Shown here: positions 48,027-58,619 of the stretch, in pieces
Position numbering within the stretch: position 1 is the first letter of the stretch
Layout: every line of letters starts with the position of its first letter
From: a virus
Taxonomy: Duplodnaviria; Caudoviricetes
Reading direction: 5' to 3' (one strand)
Virus record (IMG/VR): IMGVR_UViG_3300020049_013434
Span: 30,451-94,450 of that record
DNA length: 64,000 nucleotides
Notes under the pieces: generated by a model
Database searches by the model: none
Seen by the model: the letters and a program-made list of their open reading frames with translations, nothing else
What the model was told of the DNA's origin: nothing
Program-made: the position numbers and the translations under genes

Positions 48027-50233
48027 AAAGGAAAGCAACATGTTTAGCGAAGTGTATCAACTACTCAACCCAAATGCGCAAATGTTTATCAATCTGTGGG
48101 CAGAATCCATGAAGATCGCCAAGCCGCAGCGGAGTGTCGATTCTGTTTATCAGGAAGTTGTCAACGAGGCGCTACAAGTGCTGATTGATTGCTGCCATGG
48201 CAACGGAAGCGAGCGCTGGAATCTCAATCAGTGTCGCTTCTATCAGACGATTTCTACCAAAGACCTGGACGCCGTGGAGAATCTGGTCTGCGCCTTCTGG
48301 GAATTGCCAACCGTCGCCACAGAAGAGCTTGTAGCCGCCTAAATCGATTCAATGGTCTATTTGTACGTAGAAACTCGCAGCGCTTCAGGAAGGTGCCATT
48401 CTGTTCGTCAGGCGCAATTCTGGAGCGCTGTGCTAGAGAAAGGAAAATGATTGTGGAAGAGCAATGGACACTCGAAGTGCCGACTGAAGAGGGAGCCTAC
48501 TGGTTCTCTGGCTGGACGAGCAACTTCAACCTGCGCATGTCTGAGCAAGAAACGATTTTGGTCTATGCAAATAGGCGCATGGACGGGAAGTTGACTTTTT
48601 TCGAGCGGGCGCAGTTTTTGTATCCAAACGAAATGTACGGGGTTTGGCACAAGGCGCATATCCCAGTCGCCCCAGTACTTAGCGCTAGTGGCTGGAAGAA
48701 GGAGGAGCAATGATTGACGAGATAATTTTCGTCCTGGTGCATGAAGTTAGCAGTGGTGATCTCCCCGCCTACATGGGAACCATACCATACATGGTTCCAG
48801 TCTTTGCGCACGAGGAAAAGAGCCTACTTATTCACTGGGCGAACGTTAATCTTCTACCGAACGACGACGAGTTCATGGAGCTTACACACTTCGGCTCATT
48901 TGTGCGCAGGGTGGACGACGGAAATCACATATACAGCATTCACGAGTGCAAGTTCGGTGGCACCGCCAAAGAAATCGAGGAGAAGAGAAAATGATTCGCT
49001 ACTGTACTTCACGCGACCTACACATTCACGAGATTCGCTGCGCTTGCCATGACTCGCTGTGTGACACAGTGGTCACGATTGACACCAGCGACTTTAAGCG
49101 CACCTATATTTACGCCGAGAGTCCACGGTTCAATCGAAAAGTTAGCCTAGCAATCGACCCGTTCCTGGCTATCTGCATTGAAATCGCTTTTGCCATGGAA
49201 TACCCGCAAGAGCAAGCGCACCGCGAAGGTTCCTTCTGGTTCCGGCAGGGAGACGGTCACGTTTCGGTTGGCGACCGCAGCATTTTTGTGTACGACGACA
49301 AGGACGAGATCACGATCTACCTACCCGGCGCCGTCTACAATGAGTTGCTGCACCAGTGCCGGCTGTTCAGCAAGCAAGACGTTTTCGAGGAGGTCTAATG
49401 GCATACACAAAAGCGGAGCTAATCAAAGCGCTGGACGGTTTTCCAGACGACGAGCTGATTTATATTGGAGTTCGGCTTGACGACTCGGATATAGCGGTAG
49501 ATATCACCGACGTTACCAAGTCGTTGTGCGACAGCTACAGTGACATTATCAGCCAGGAACTTGCTGACGAGGTTGGACTGGATACCGTCCCCGTCACCGT
49601 GATTTGGGCAAGAGGAAGTTATCAATAGGAGGAACTATGGAGAATCGAAACCTAGACTTTGAAACATGGATCGTGAAAGAAATGAGTCGACTGAGAGAAG
49701 ACGCCGCTCGTTGCCGGAGAGACGGAGTGCCTGTCCCGCCTTATACGTCAGGCGCTCTTGGCTATCTGGAACTATCCTGGCACAAGTATTGGGAGTTCGC
49801 GCCTGGTAAGCCGTTGACGAATGGTGCGCTTTACACCGAAGGATTGTGAGGAGGAGGAAATATGGCTGAATGGAAAGTTATCACACGAAGCGGATACGAG
49901 CATTCGATTGACCTGTGCCTCACGCGGCGCGTTCAGTGCCACCTGGAGCATCCTGACTCGTTGTTCGAGAAAATGGCTGACGAGAAAAGCGCCATTGAGA
50001 GCGATCTGGAAGTCGTTCGGTCGCTACTGAAGTCTAGCTTTGAAGACGACCAAACCGAAGTCACCATAACTGCCCACGAGCATTGCCTGGACATTTCCGG
50101 CTATTTCACGAGCTACTATATCAGCGCCGAGCTACTAGAAGAGGCTGTTGCCATTCTGGTCTATTCCGGCTGGGAAGACAGAGACAAGGGGAAATATGAG
50201 CCAAGGTAAGAGTATTTACTAGACTAATCAACA

Positions 50234-50271
50234 TTTTCCCACTTGACTATAGTACTAGCATATGGTAGTAT
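50234..50271 (+). promoter_or_regulatory. Early promoter
   Basis: TTTTCCCAC-TTGACT-17-TAGTAT. Confidence 0.75.
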
Positions 50272-50404
50272 ACAATAGCATAAGTGCGAATGGGAAAGGG
50301 CGCCCCGTACTGAGCGCCCTTTCCGTTATCTACGCTTGACGAGTTCTGGAGAAACCCGCCAGTGGCAGTATAGCACTGGCAATTACCTATTGCAAGGAGC
50401 TAAC

Positions 50405-50836
50405 ATGCATAAGTTTACTCGCTACTCCATCGCCGCTCTCATTGCGCTCATTTTTCTGTTCTTCTTTGGTGTCGCCGTCCGTGCCGGCACAACCGCCCCA
50501 ATCTACGGATCGGTGTTCTACGACTTCGATCGTGACGGCGTTCGCCAGGACAGTGAGCCTGGTGTGCCTGGAATGCTGATCAAGATTATCCCCGTCGCTC
50601 AGTCTAGCAATTCCTACACGGGCGCAACCAATGACGACGGCTATTACAGCGTCATGGTGCCGATTCCTGACGTTTACGACGTTTACGTTGAGCACGACAC
50701 CGGCGACTTTTCCTCCTCTGCGCTTGTTCGGCGCAATGTTGATTTAACCCAGCCTGGTGCCGGAAACGGTTACAAGATTGACGTGCCCATGCCGGCGCGA
50801 CGTGCTTACTTACCTATGATTCGGAGCAGCAAATGA
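50405..50836 (+). CDS. Secreted SdrD B-like domain protein
   Basis: Signal peptide, GSVFYDFDRDGVRQDSEPGVPG, TNDDGYY, C-terminal YLPMIR. Confidence 0.8.
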   Translation: MHKFTRYSIAALIALIFLFFFGVAVRAGTTAPIYGSVFYDFDRDGVRQDSEPGVPGMLIKIIPVAQSSNSYTGATNDDGYYSVMVPIPDVYDVYVEHDTGDFSSSALVRRNVDLTQPGAGNGYKIDVPMPARRAYLPMIRSSK

Positions 50837-51699
50837 GTACCTTATTTACAATCAATGTCTACCTGCTCTATGTTGGCTGCCGTCAGATTATTGACTGGTC
50901 ACGAGCGAAAACGGTTGATCAGGTAGACGGCGTGATTCTTGAGCTACTTGGCAACACCGACGTTCACGAGATTCCGGCATTCAAGTCTGGCGGCACATTC
51001 GGGTATCACTATGCCGACTTTACCTGTCCACGACTCGGCGCACTACGTTTAGAAGTGTATCTTGGAAATCTGGAGGAGGAATTATGAACTGGGAATTTCT
51101 AACTGGCGATATCAACTGGGGAACCCATGGCGGTGTGTTTGTGAGCGACGTACAGAAGCCTGTCCCTGGCTACGAATACTGGATCACAATCTCTGTTGAC
51201 CCGATTGAGGACGAGCAGTGGGCGCGCTCCATTGGCTTCAAAGACCGCGAAGACGAAGACGGCTACCACCTCTCTTGCACCGAAGGCGACGACGGCAGCG
51301 CCCTGGTGCTGATTACAGCCTATGTCGTCTTCCCCAAGAAAGCTGGCAAGGAAGCGATTGCCAAGGCTCGCGAGAGTTGGGGCATGGACGAAGAGGAGTA
51401 CAAGGAATTCAAGCAGGCGCGCGGCAAGTTGGCCGACGTTGAGCTACTGCACACCTACGGCATTCGCGCCCCACTAGACATTGAGCGGTATGGCTACAAT
51501 GCCGAGGAGTTGTTGGAGCAAGCAAAGAAAGAGGCTGAATTCCTTGGCGGCACCTTCTTCGGCTTCCAAATGGACAAGCAGCGCAACATGGTCGGCGCGA
51601 CCGGCTGGGACTTACTGAAGGGTAACGTTTGGGGCAAGCGTAAGTAGTATAGTTGGCTGGGTGGTCACGGGGCTGCCCAGCCTTAAAGGAGAGATTGAA

Positions 51700-52119
51700 A
51701 TGAAACTTTGCCGACGAAACAAGTACAATATCATGCAGGCGCTCAAGATCGACGCCGATACATTCGACCTGTTCGTAAAGCTTACCAATCTCGACGAAGA
51801 CTTCATTGCTGCCCAGGTTGATAAGATTGAATATGAAGACAACGCCAAACGCTTCCACGGCGACGCAGCGAGTTACGAGGGCGCAGCGGATTTAGCTATG
51901 GACATTATCGATTACCACCTCGGCAATCACGGGGTGGAGGCGATTAATCACGAGAGCTTCTGGAACGGCAAGTACTGGCGCGACACGGGCGCTATCTACA
52001 TCAATGCCGGCGACACCTACGACACCACCGTGCTTTATGATATTAACAAAGAAGAGTTTCGAGTTACCTGTTGGGGAGACTGGTATGAGCAGAATGTAAA
52101 GGAAGAGGAGGAAGCATGA
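51700..52119 (+). CDS. Conserved phage hypothetical protein
   Basis: HGVEAI...YINAGDTYDTT motif recalled from phage early proteins. Confidence 0.5.
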   Translation: MKLCRRNKYNIMQALKIDADTFDLFVKLTNLDEDFIAAQVDKIEYEDNAKRFHGDAASYEGAADLAMDIIDYHLGNHGVEAINHESFWNGKYWRDTGAIYINAGDTYDTTVLYDINKEEFRVTCWGDWYEQNVKEEEEA

Positions 52120-55100
52120 GCCAACCCTGGAGCAGTAGTTATGGCACACTAACGATTGGAGAGGACGATATGCGAGCTTTGCAAATTGAAACGACCTGGT
52201 ACTTGCCATGTAATTGCATTAACTACTCGGGTAGCTGGGAGAAGGTTGAGGAGAAGGACTTGCCACCAGACGCCGACGAGTGGACTGACTACTATCTTGT
52301 CAACGGCGAAATTGTTGACGAAGAGCCTTGCACCAGAGAGCTGATCGTCAATCAGGACTTCATTCGCATTCTGGAGGATCACAGCGGACTCAAGGCTGAC
52401 TGCGGACTGCCACCAGCCCTCTGCGAAGAACTAGGGCGCATTCTTAGCCTGTACGAAAAAGGCGAGCTTGAGGGCGAGAGCGATTACGAAATTCGCCTGA
52501 CCATTTGCGACGATCGTGGTTGCTGGGCAGTGCTTGACGAGGGATACCTCAATGTCGGCGGCACATACGACGAACTGACAATTGACATAGAAGATCACCT
52601 GTTTGGCGCATTCCAGCAAGCCTTTGTTACCTATGGCGCACAAGTTGCGAAGGAGGAGTAGTGCAAATTCTAATCGCTGTAGAGAACGGGTATGTATCCC
52701 TTCTGGAAACAGCTCCAGGTCGAAATATTGTCACGATTGTTGATCATGACGCGAAGGCTGTCCATTATCTTGAGCATTCCCCTGTCCACCCGGACGGCTT
52801 CAATTCGCTTGTTCTGTCGGAGCTTGACAAGGCATTTTCCGGCAAATATAAAATTCGTGAGTTTACCCACCCCGACAATCAACCAGAAAGAGAGGACTAG
52901 CCATGAAATGCATTGTCAGCAATACCCAGCATGACAACGACTGGAACACCCCGCCGAATTGGGTGGTGATTCCACTGACGGAGAACAATCGCCAGGTGGT
53001 TGCAGGTCTCCCCGGCGCACTACAGGACGTTCTGGAGTACAAATTCCTGACCGAAGTAGAAATCCATGTCGATCTTCCTGAAGTTTACTTCACCGACAGC
53101 GATATTGTGCTTGAGGCGCTTGGCGACGAGGACATTTACGACACCGACTATAAGATTATCGAAGTTGATATTGATTTGCTGCGTGAAGTAACAGACCGGC
53201 GCTACGACCTCTGCTCTGGACGTGTTTCTGTCGACGATCGCGGTAGTCTGATTGCCTACCACTACAATAATCACGATTGGCAGTCGGCAGCTTTCGGCTT
53301 TAGCGATATGGTAGTACAATAGTGTCAATCGGGAAAATGAGCCGAGGCTGATTTTTTGCTGAGGCTCATTTTACAGCTAATAGGCAATATGGCGAGTGAG
53401 AGCGCCACAAGTGAAAGGAAAAGAATAATGATTTTCAATCGCAGTCGCTTGCAAGTATTCCTCAGCAAGCTTCAAGAAAGCCCGTATATTACCTACGATA
53501 TTTACCCATACGACGGCGAGGTCAGAGTCTACATGACCATGCAAGTCAGTAGCGGCGGAATGTCGTATGGAATCTCAGCGAGTGTCTACCTTATTGAATA
53601 CAGTTTGGACGGCGAATTTTTCTATCTCCCAGCCGACATGACGATTGAATGCTATTCGCCTGACGGCTCTTGGATCACTGATTATGTCATGGACGATCTG
53701 TCTAGCGACGACGTTCTTTCGCCGTCAAAGATTGACGAGGCATTAAACATGGCACAGGCTAAGGCTACTGAAATTTGGCGACTAGATCATGAGGAGGGGA
53801 AATAATATGGGGCGCACGCACTACATTTACATGAACGGTAGCTCCGGTTGCATGCCGGACACCTGTGACCTCTGCTTCTCGATTGACGAAGCGGTTGGCA
53901 TGTTCGAGACAATCTTCGGCGACGACCTCTATCAAAACTTCAACCTGGCTATCGCTATCGACGAGGGCTATATCAAAAAAGAGATTGTCGTCTCCGACTT
54001 AGAGAACTTCTTCAGCGAAAAGGACTGGTGGGAGTCTTCAGCCAAGAACCACGACGACTTCATTGAGAAGGAGTACGATTTTCTTCTGGAAGAGGGCTAT
54101 GTCAACCGTCGTATCGGCGACGACTGCATGCAGGCTATCGATCTCTACGGAGAAATCCGTGTTCAGTCTATCGTCAAAGACTTCCGCGACTCCGGCTACG
54201 TCAGCCTCGGGCCCGACTATGGCGCCGACTATGCCTCCTGGTCGCCTTGTGACTGCGATTCACCCTGGGAACACAGCGAACTGAGCATGGAGCAGTGGAT
54301 TCGCGAGCATGGCGACCTGTGGTTCACTGAAAAATTTGAGGTAAAGGTTCGCTACGAGGGTGACAATCGCCCGTGGGAAGAGATTGAGGCGTTCGAGTGC
54401 GCTGCCTCTGAACGCAGTGAGTACGATCTTGAGGGAAGTATCTACAAATTCTTTATCAGCAATGACCGGCGCCGTGTGCTTGAGGTGCGCTGGAACTGGG
54501 TCTACGGTGAAGGCGACGGGCCGGCGCAGGGTCACTACTTTGTCCCGGAATATGCGGAGGCAGCATGAATAAGGTAGAAATTCACTGTGTTAATGCGGAC
54601 TTTATTCTAGAGAGTGCGCTTTACAATCTTCGCAACAATATCAACGGCGCAATTCTGGTAGATAACGAGCCTATCGACATGGGCAAGTGGCGAAAGGCTG
54701 TCACGCTCACTGACTTAGCCTACGCTGCGCTCTTCGACGGTCTTGTCGCAACCGCTCAGTACCTCGTGATAGAACTCAGGGAGTTGCCGCACACGGCTAT
54801 AGTCGTTTACGAGATCGATCAGGCGATAAAGCGGATTCAGGAGGCGGCATGAGAATCACAGTCAACAATAGCAAAGAGCTATACAGCCAGGGTCGCAATG
54901 GACCAGCCAAGACTGTCCAGGTTGAACTCTATCTTGGCAACAATGGTGTAGTGTCTATTCAGCCAATTACGAGCCGTGGTGAGCCGCAGAACTGCTTCGT
55001 TGAGCTTGACGTGCCCGCAATGGTTGAGCTGGCGATTAACTTTCTCCACCAGGAGGGCTACGTCAGAGACTTCGATCGAGAGAGCGTGCTGGAAGAGCTT

Positions 55101-55385
55101 GAGTACCGCAAGAAGAAAGGACGTATCTAATGGCTAGAGGCGTATTGAAACTCAAGAATAACCAGAGCGACAATGATTATGTCATGCGAGAGGACGCGAC
55201 GGGCGTGTGGATTGAAGTCGGCGAGATTCTGGTCCATGTCTTCCACCCGTACCTGGACGAAGGTGTCTCCGTCGAGCTGTTCGCTAACTTCGAGGAGCTT
55301 GGCGAGCCGATTACCGACTGTTACGCCAGCGTTGAAGAGGCGCGCTTTGTGATTGAGGAGTACGAGCGAGAACTGGAGGCTATCA

Positions 55386-55808
55386 GTGAGTAACTTAGAC
55401 TATTTTGTCAGCGAGTACATTCGGACCATGCTGTGGGCTGAGACAGACAACTCAACCGAGGGCGGCGGCTCTCCTCTTGACGACAATTACACCGACGAAG
55501 ACTTATCGCCAGAGGCAATGACGCGGATTCGCTACGACTGTCAGAGCTTCCTCGACCGTGCAGGCAAGCTGATTGAGTATGCAATTCCGAATCTTCTTCA
55601 CCCTCACCCGTGCGACTCCTGGGGCTATGCTGCTCATGATTTCTGGCTCAATCGCAACGGACATGGCTGCGGTTTCTGGGACGGGGACTGGAGCGTAACA
55701 AGCACGGACGATCCTGATCTCATTGCTGATCAGCTAGACAAAATCGCCAAGTCATTCGGTGAGTGCTGGGTTGAAGTCGGCGACGACGAAAAGCTTTATC
55801 TCCTATAG
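55386..55808 (+). CDS. Conserved phage hypothetical protein
   Basis: HDFWLNRNGHGCGFWD motif. Confidence 0.55.
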   Translation: MSNLDYFVSEYIRTMLWAETDNSTEGGGSPLDDNYTDEDLSPEAMTRIRYDCQSFLDRAGKLIEYAIPNLLHPHPCDSWGYAAHDFWLNRNGHGCGFWDGDWSVTSTDDPDLIADQLDKIAKSFGECWVEVGDDEKLYLL

Positions 55809-55820
55809 TCTTGTCCTCCA

Positions 55821-55858
55821 TTTTCCCACTTGACGACATTGTCCTATCATGCTAGAAT
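55821..55858 (+). promoter_or_regulatory. Early promoter
   Basis: TTTTCCCAC-TTGACG-17-TAGAAT. Confidence 0.75.
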
Positions 55859-56625
55859 GGTAGTATGTTGCAGTATATATACTATCATTCTAGGAGATAA
55901 CATGCGAGGAAAGTCAAAGTTCTTTTACCTGACCGACGAAGCCCACAAGGCTCTGTTAAGAGTCGAAGAAGATTACCCACGAATCGAACGTAGTCTACTG
56001 TTGCGCACCTTCTACCTCAACTTCGCTAAGTTTGAAAAAGAAATAATCAAGCTCGCCGAAGCTCAGAAGGTGAGCGAGGTGCGCTCTGTTCGCAGTAAAA
56101 GTAAACCAACCACCAAGGAGAAAGATAATGGAACAGCGTAAATTATCCGGAAAGTCCTTCCCGACCAAGCGCATTCTGAAGGGCTGGCTGGGCGCAGAGC
56201 TTGCCACTGCCGCCTGGAATACGTACACCAAGCGCTATCGCCAAGCTGATAAGGAAGACATGGCGCAGTTCACGGACGAGTTCTTTCAGTTGATTGATCG
56301 CACGAAGGAGAACGGCTTCGAGATAATCTATGAGGTCGCCTGGGCACTGGTTGTCATGGCTTGCCACCACCACCTGATCTGTGAAGAGTACTGCAATCGC
56401 GAGCTGACCGAGCAGGAAGTGGCTGACCAAGAGACTATCGAAGAGGTACTGCGCTCCGTCTTTGCAGAGTCAGCCATTAAGACGAGCCACCAGAACGATC
56501 CGCGTGGTCGCACACTCATACTGATTCTGCCGGACGGTCGAACCAATAGCTGGGACGGCGAGACGTGGCGCATTCCCATTCCCTGATTTCCGATTAGCCT
56601 ACGTGATAGAAAGAAAGGAACGTTT

Positions 56626-57102
56626 ATGAGCGACATAACTTTGTCTGTGCGCCACCGTGAAGGCGGCGAGTCTGAGCAGATTGAATTAACCAAGGGCTAC
56701 AGTGCCGGCGACATTGAGGAAATGGCGCTGAGTCAGCTTGGGCTGGAGGAGAACGACGGTATTTTCCTCGTCTACACAATCGAGGAGATTAACGGAGAGG
56801 GCTACGAATCGGAAGCTGACCCTTCCACAATTGCCGAGCTACTGCGTCACGATAACGGCCCAGTCACAGCGGCGCTTGAGGAATACCACCGGGACCCGAA
56901 GCAGGCGCTGATCCTCTTGCGGTGCGGCTACACGGTCTGGAAAGACTTCGGGGAGTTAGTTGACAACTACCTGGAGGATTATGACTTGCCCTACGAGATC
57001 ATGCAGTCAATTGACGCCGACAAGCTGGAGAAATATATTCGCAAGGATCGCACGTTTGTCGAATCGCCAAGTACCGGCGAGTTAGTAGAATTTCACCGAT
57101 AA
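56626..57102 (+). CDS. ArdA-like acidic antirestriction candidate
   Basis: Very acidic; C-terminal DFGELVDNYL..DLPYEIMQSIDADKLEKYI..TFVE resembles ArdA domain 3. Confidence 0.5.
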   Translation: MSDITLSVRHREGGESEQIELTKGYSAGDIEEMALSQLGLEENDGIFLVYTIEEINGEGYESEADPSTIAELLRHDNGPVTAALEEYHRDPKQALILLRCGYTVWKDFGELVDNYLEDYDLPYEIMQSIDADKLEKYIRKDRTFVESPSTGELVEFHR

Positions 57103-57264
57103 AGTCGCATAACCTAAATTCCCCCTGAGTTGTGCGACCATGTTTTAGCCCATTTTTCCGCCGTGAAAACAACTGATTTCGTTTCTGTAGTGAGAGGCAG
57201 AACGTCGTCAGGCGGAGAAGTTACCCCAATTAAGTACTGGATATTACGTGAAAGGACATGCGCT

Positions 57265-58008
57265 ATGTGTTACAGCCAGACTCTGGTCGAGACTGAAGAG
57301 TACAAGGGCTACACGATCGAGATCCACTACGACATGGACCCGCCCAACCCGCGCAAGGAGTGGGATAATGTCGCCACCCTGATCGGATTTCACCGAGACT
57401 GCCAAGCCGGCGACGACCACCACTACAAGAATGCCGGGCAGCTATTCGTCGATTTAGCCGGCGACTTCATTCGCGAAGCCCTCACCCATGAATTCCTCAA
57501 GGGAGTCTACGGGCTGCGTGACCGCACCGAAGACGACACTGACGACGACTACTATGAAGAGATCGAGTATGCCATTGACGAGTTCTTTGAGGACTTGAGC
57601 TGCGGCGGCGACACGGCGCTTGACTTCGCCCTAACCATTGCCTCCAAGCACTACCTGATTCAGGAATACACCGTCCACTACGACCGCGACCAAGCTTCCG
57701 GTTATGCCTACATCTCCGACGCCGACATTGTTAAAGAGTGGGGCAGCCTGGAGAAAGACGATCTTGATAAGGCGCGCAAGTGCATCAAGGCTGAGGTCGA
57801 GGAGTACGAAGCTTGGGCTAACGGTCACGTCTATGGCTACGTGATTAAGGGCGAGGACGAGGACGACGAAGGCACCGACGAGTCCTGCTGGGGCTTCTAC
57901 GGCGACTGGGACGACTACTGCATGAAGGAAGCCAAGTCTGTCGTCGATTACATGGCGAAGAAGCGCGACGAAGCGCTGTCGGCTGTTCGTGAATACGGGT
58001 ATGCATAG
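57265..58008 (+). CDS. Conserved acidic phage/MGE protein
   Basis: NPRKEWDN...EVEEYEAWANGHVYGY...SCWGFYG. Confidence 0.55.
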   Translation: MCYSQTLVETEEYKGYTIEIHYDMDPPNPRKEWDNVATLIGFHRDCQAGDDHHYKNAGQLFVDLAGDFIREALTHEFLKGVYGLRDRTEDDTDDDYYEEIEYAIDEFFEDLSCGGDTALDFALTIASKHYLIQEYTVHYDRDQASGYAYISDADIVKEWGSLEKDDLDKARKCIKAEVEEYEAWANGHVYGYVIKGEDEDDEGTDESCWGFYGDWDDYCMKEAKSVVDYMAKKRDEALSAVREYGYA

Positions 58009-58025
58009 ATATATAAGGAGAGAAA

Positions 58026-58619
58026 ATGCACAAGCTAATTATCTTTGACGTAGACGACACCTTGGTTGAGGGCATGGAGGGCGACCGCTTCCCCTCCCGT
58101 GTCGTCGAGAAACTGCTGACCATTCCAGCCGACACCCAGATCGCCCTGGCGCACAATGCTGGCGGCGTCAATCTGCGCTGGTGGATTGAAAACTCTGGCG
58201 GCTTCGGTCGCACACCGGAAGAGAAAGCGCAGAGCCTGCTGGACGCCCAGCGCTACCCAACGGTTGAGTCAACCTACCTGCGCCTGTCTCGCATTGCCGG
58301 CGAGATTACCATGCTGACCGGCACCGGCGTGAAGATTTATGCCTGCTTCGCCTACCAGACCAAGAGTGGCAAGTGGGCGCCAACACCGTATGGACCACAG
58401 GCAGACATGACCGATTTGTGGTCTTCCATTGACTCTATTCCGCTTGAGTGGAATGCTTTCTTTCGCAAGCCGAACCCAGGTATGCTGGTCAAAGCGATTG
58501 CCGACGCCAACGTTGACCGGCTTGAAACGCTGTTCGTCGGCGACATGGATAGCGACTATGGGGCGAGCGTGGCGGCCGGGTGTAACTTCGAGTTAGCTTC
58601 ACGATACTTCGGAGGGTGA
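58026..58619 (+). CDS. HAD-superfamily phosphatase (PNKP/GmhB-like)
   Basis: FDVDDT, RKPNPGML, FVGDMDSD. Confidence 0.85.
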   Translation: MHKLIIFDVDDTLVEGMEGDRFPSRVVEKLLTIPADTQIALAHNAGGVNLRWWIENSGGFGRTPEEKAQSLLDAQRYPTVESTYLRLSRIAGEITMLTGTGVKIYACFAYQTKSGKWAPTPYGPQADMTDLWSSIDSIPLEWNAFFRKPNPGMLVKAIADANVDRLETLFVGDMDSDYGASVAAGCNFELASRYFGG

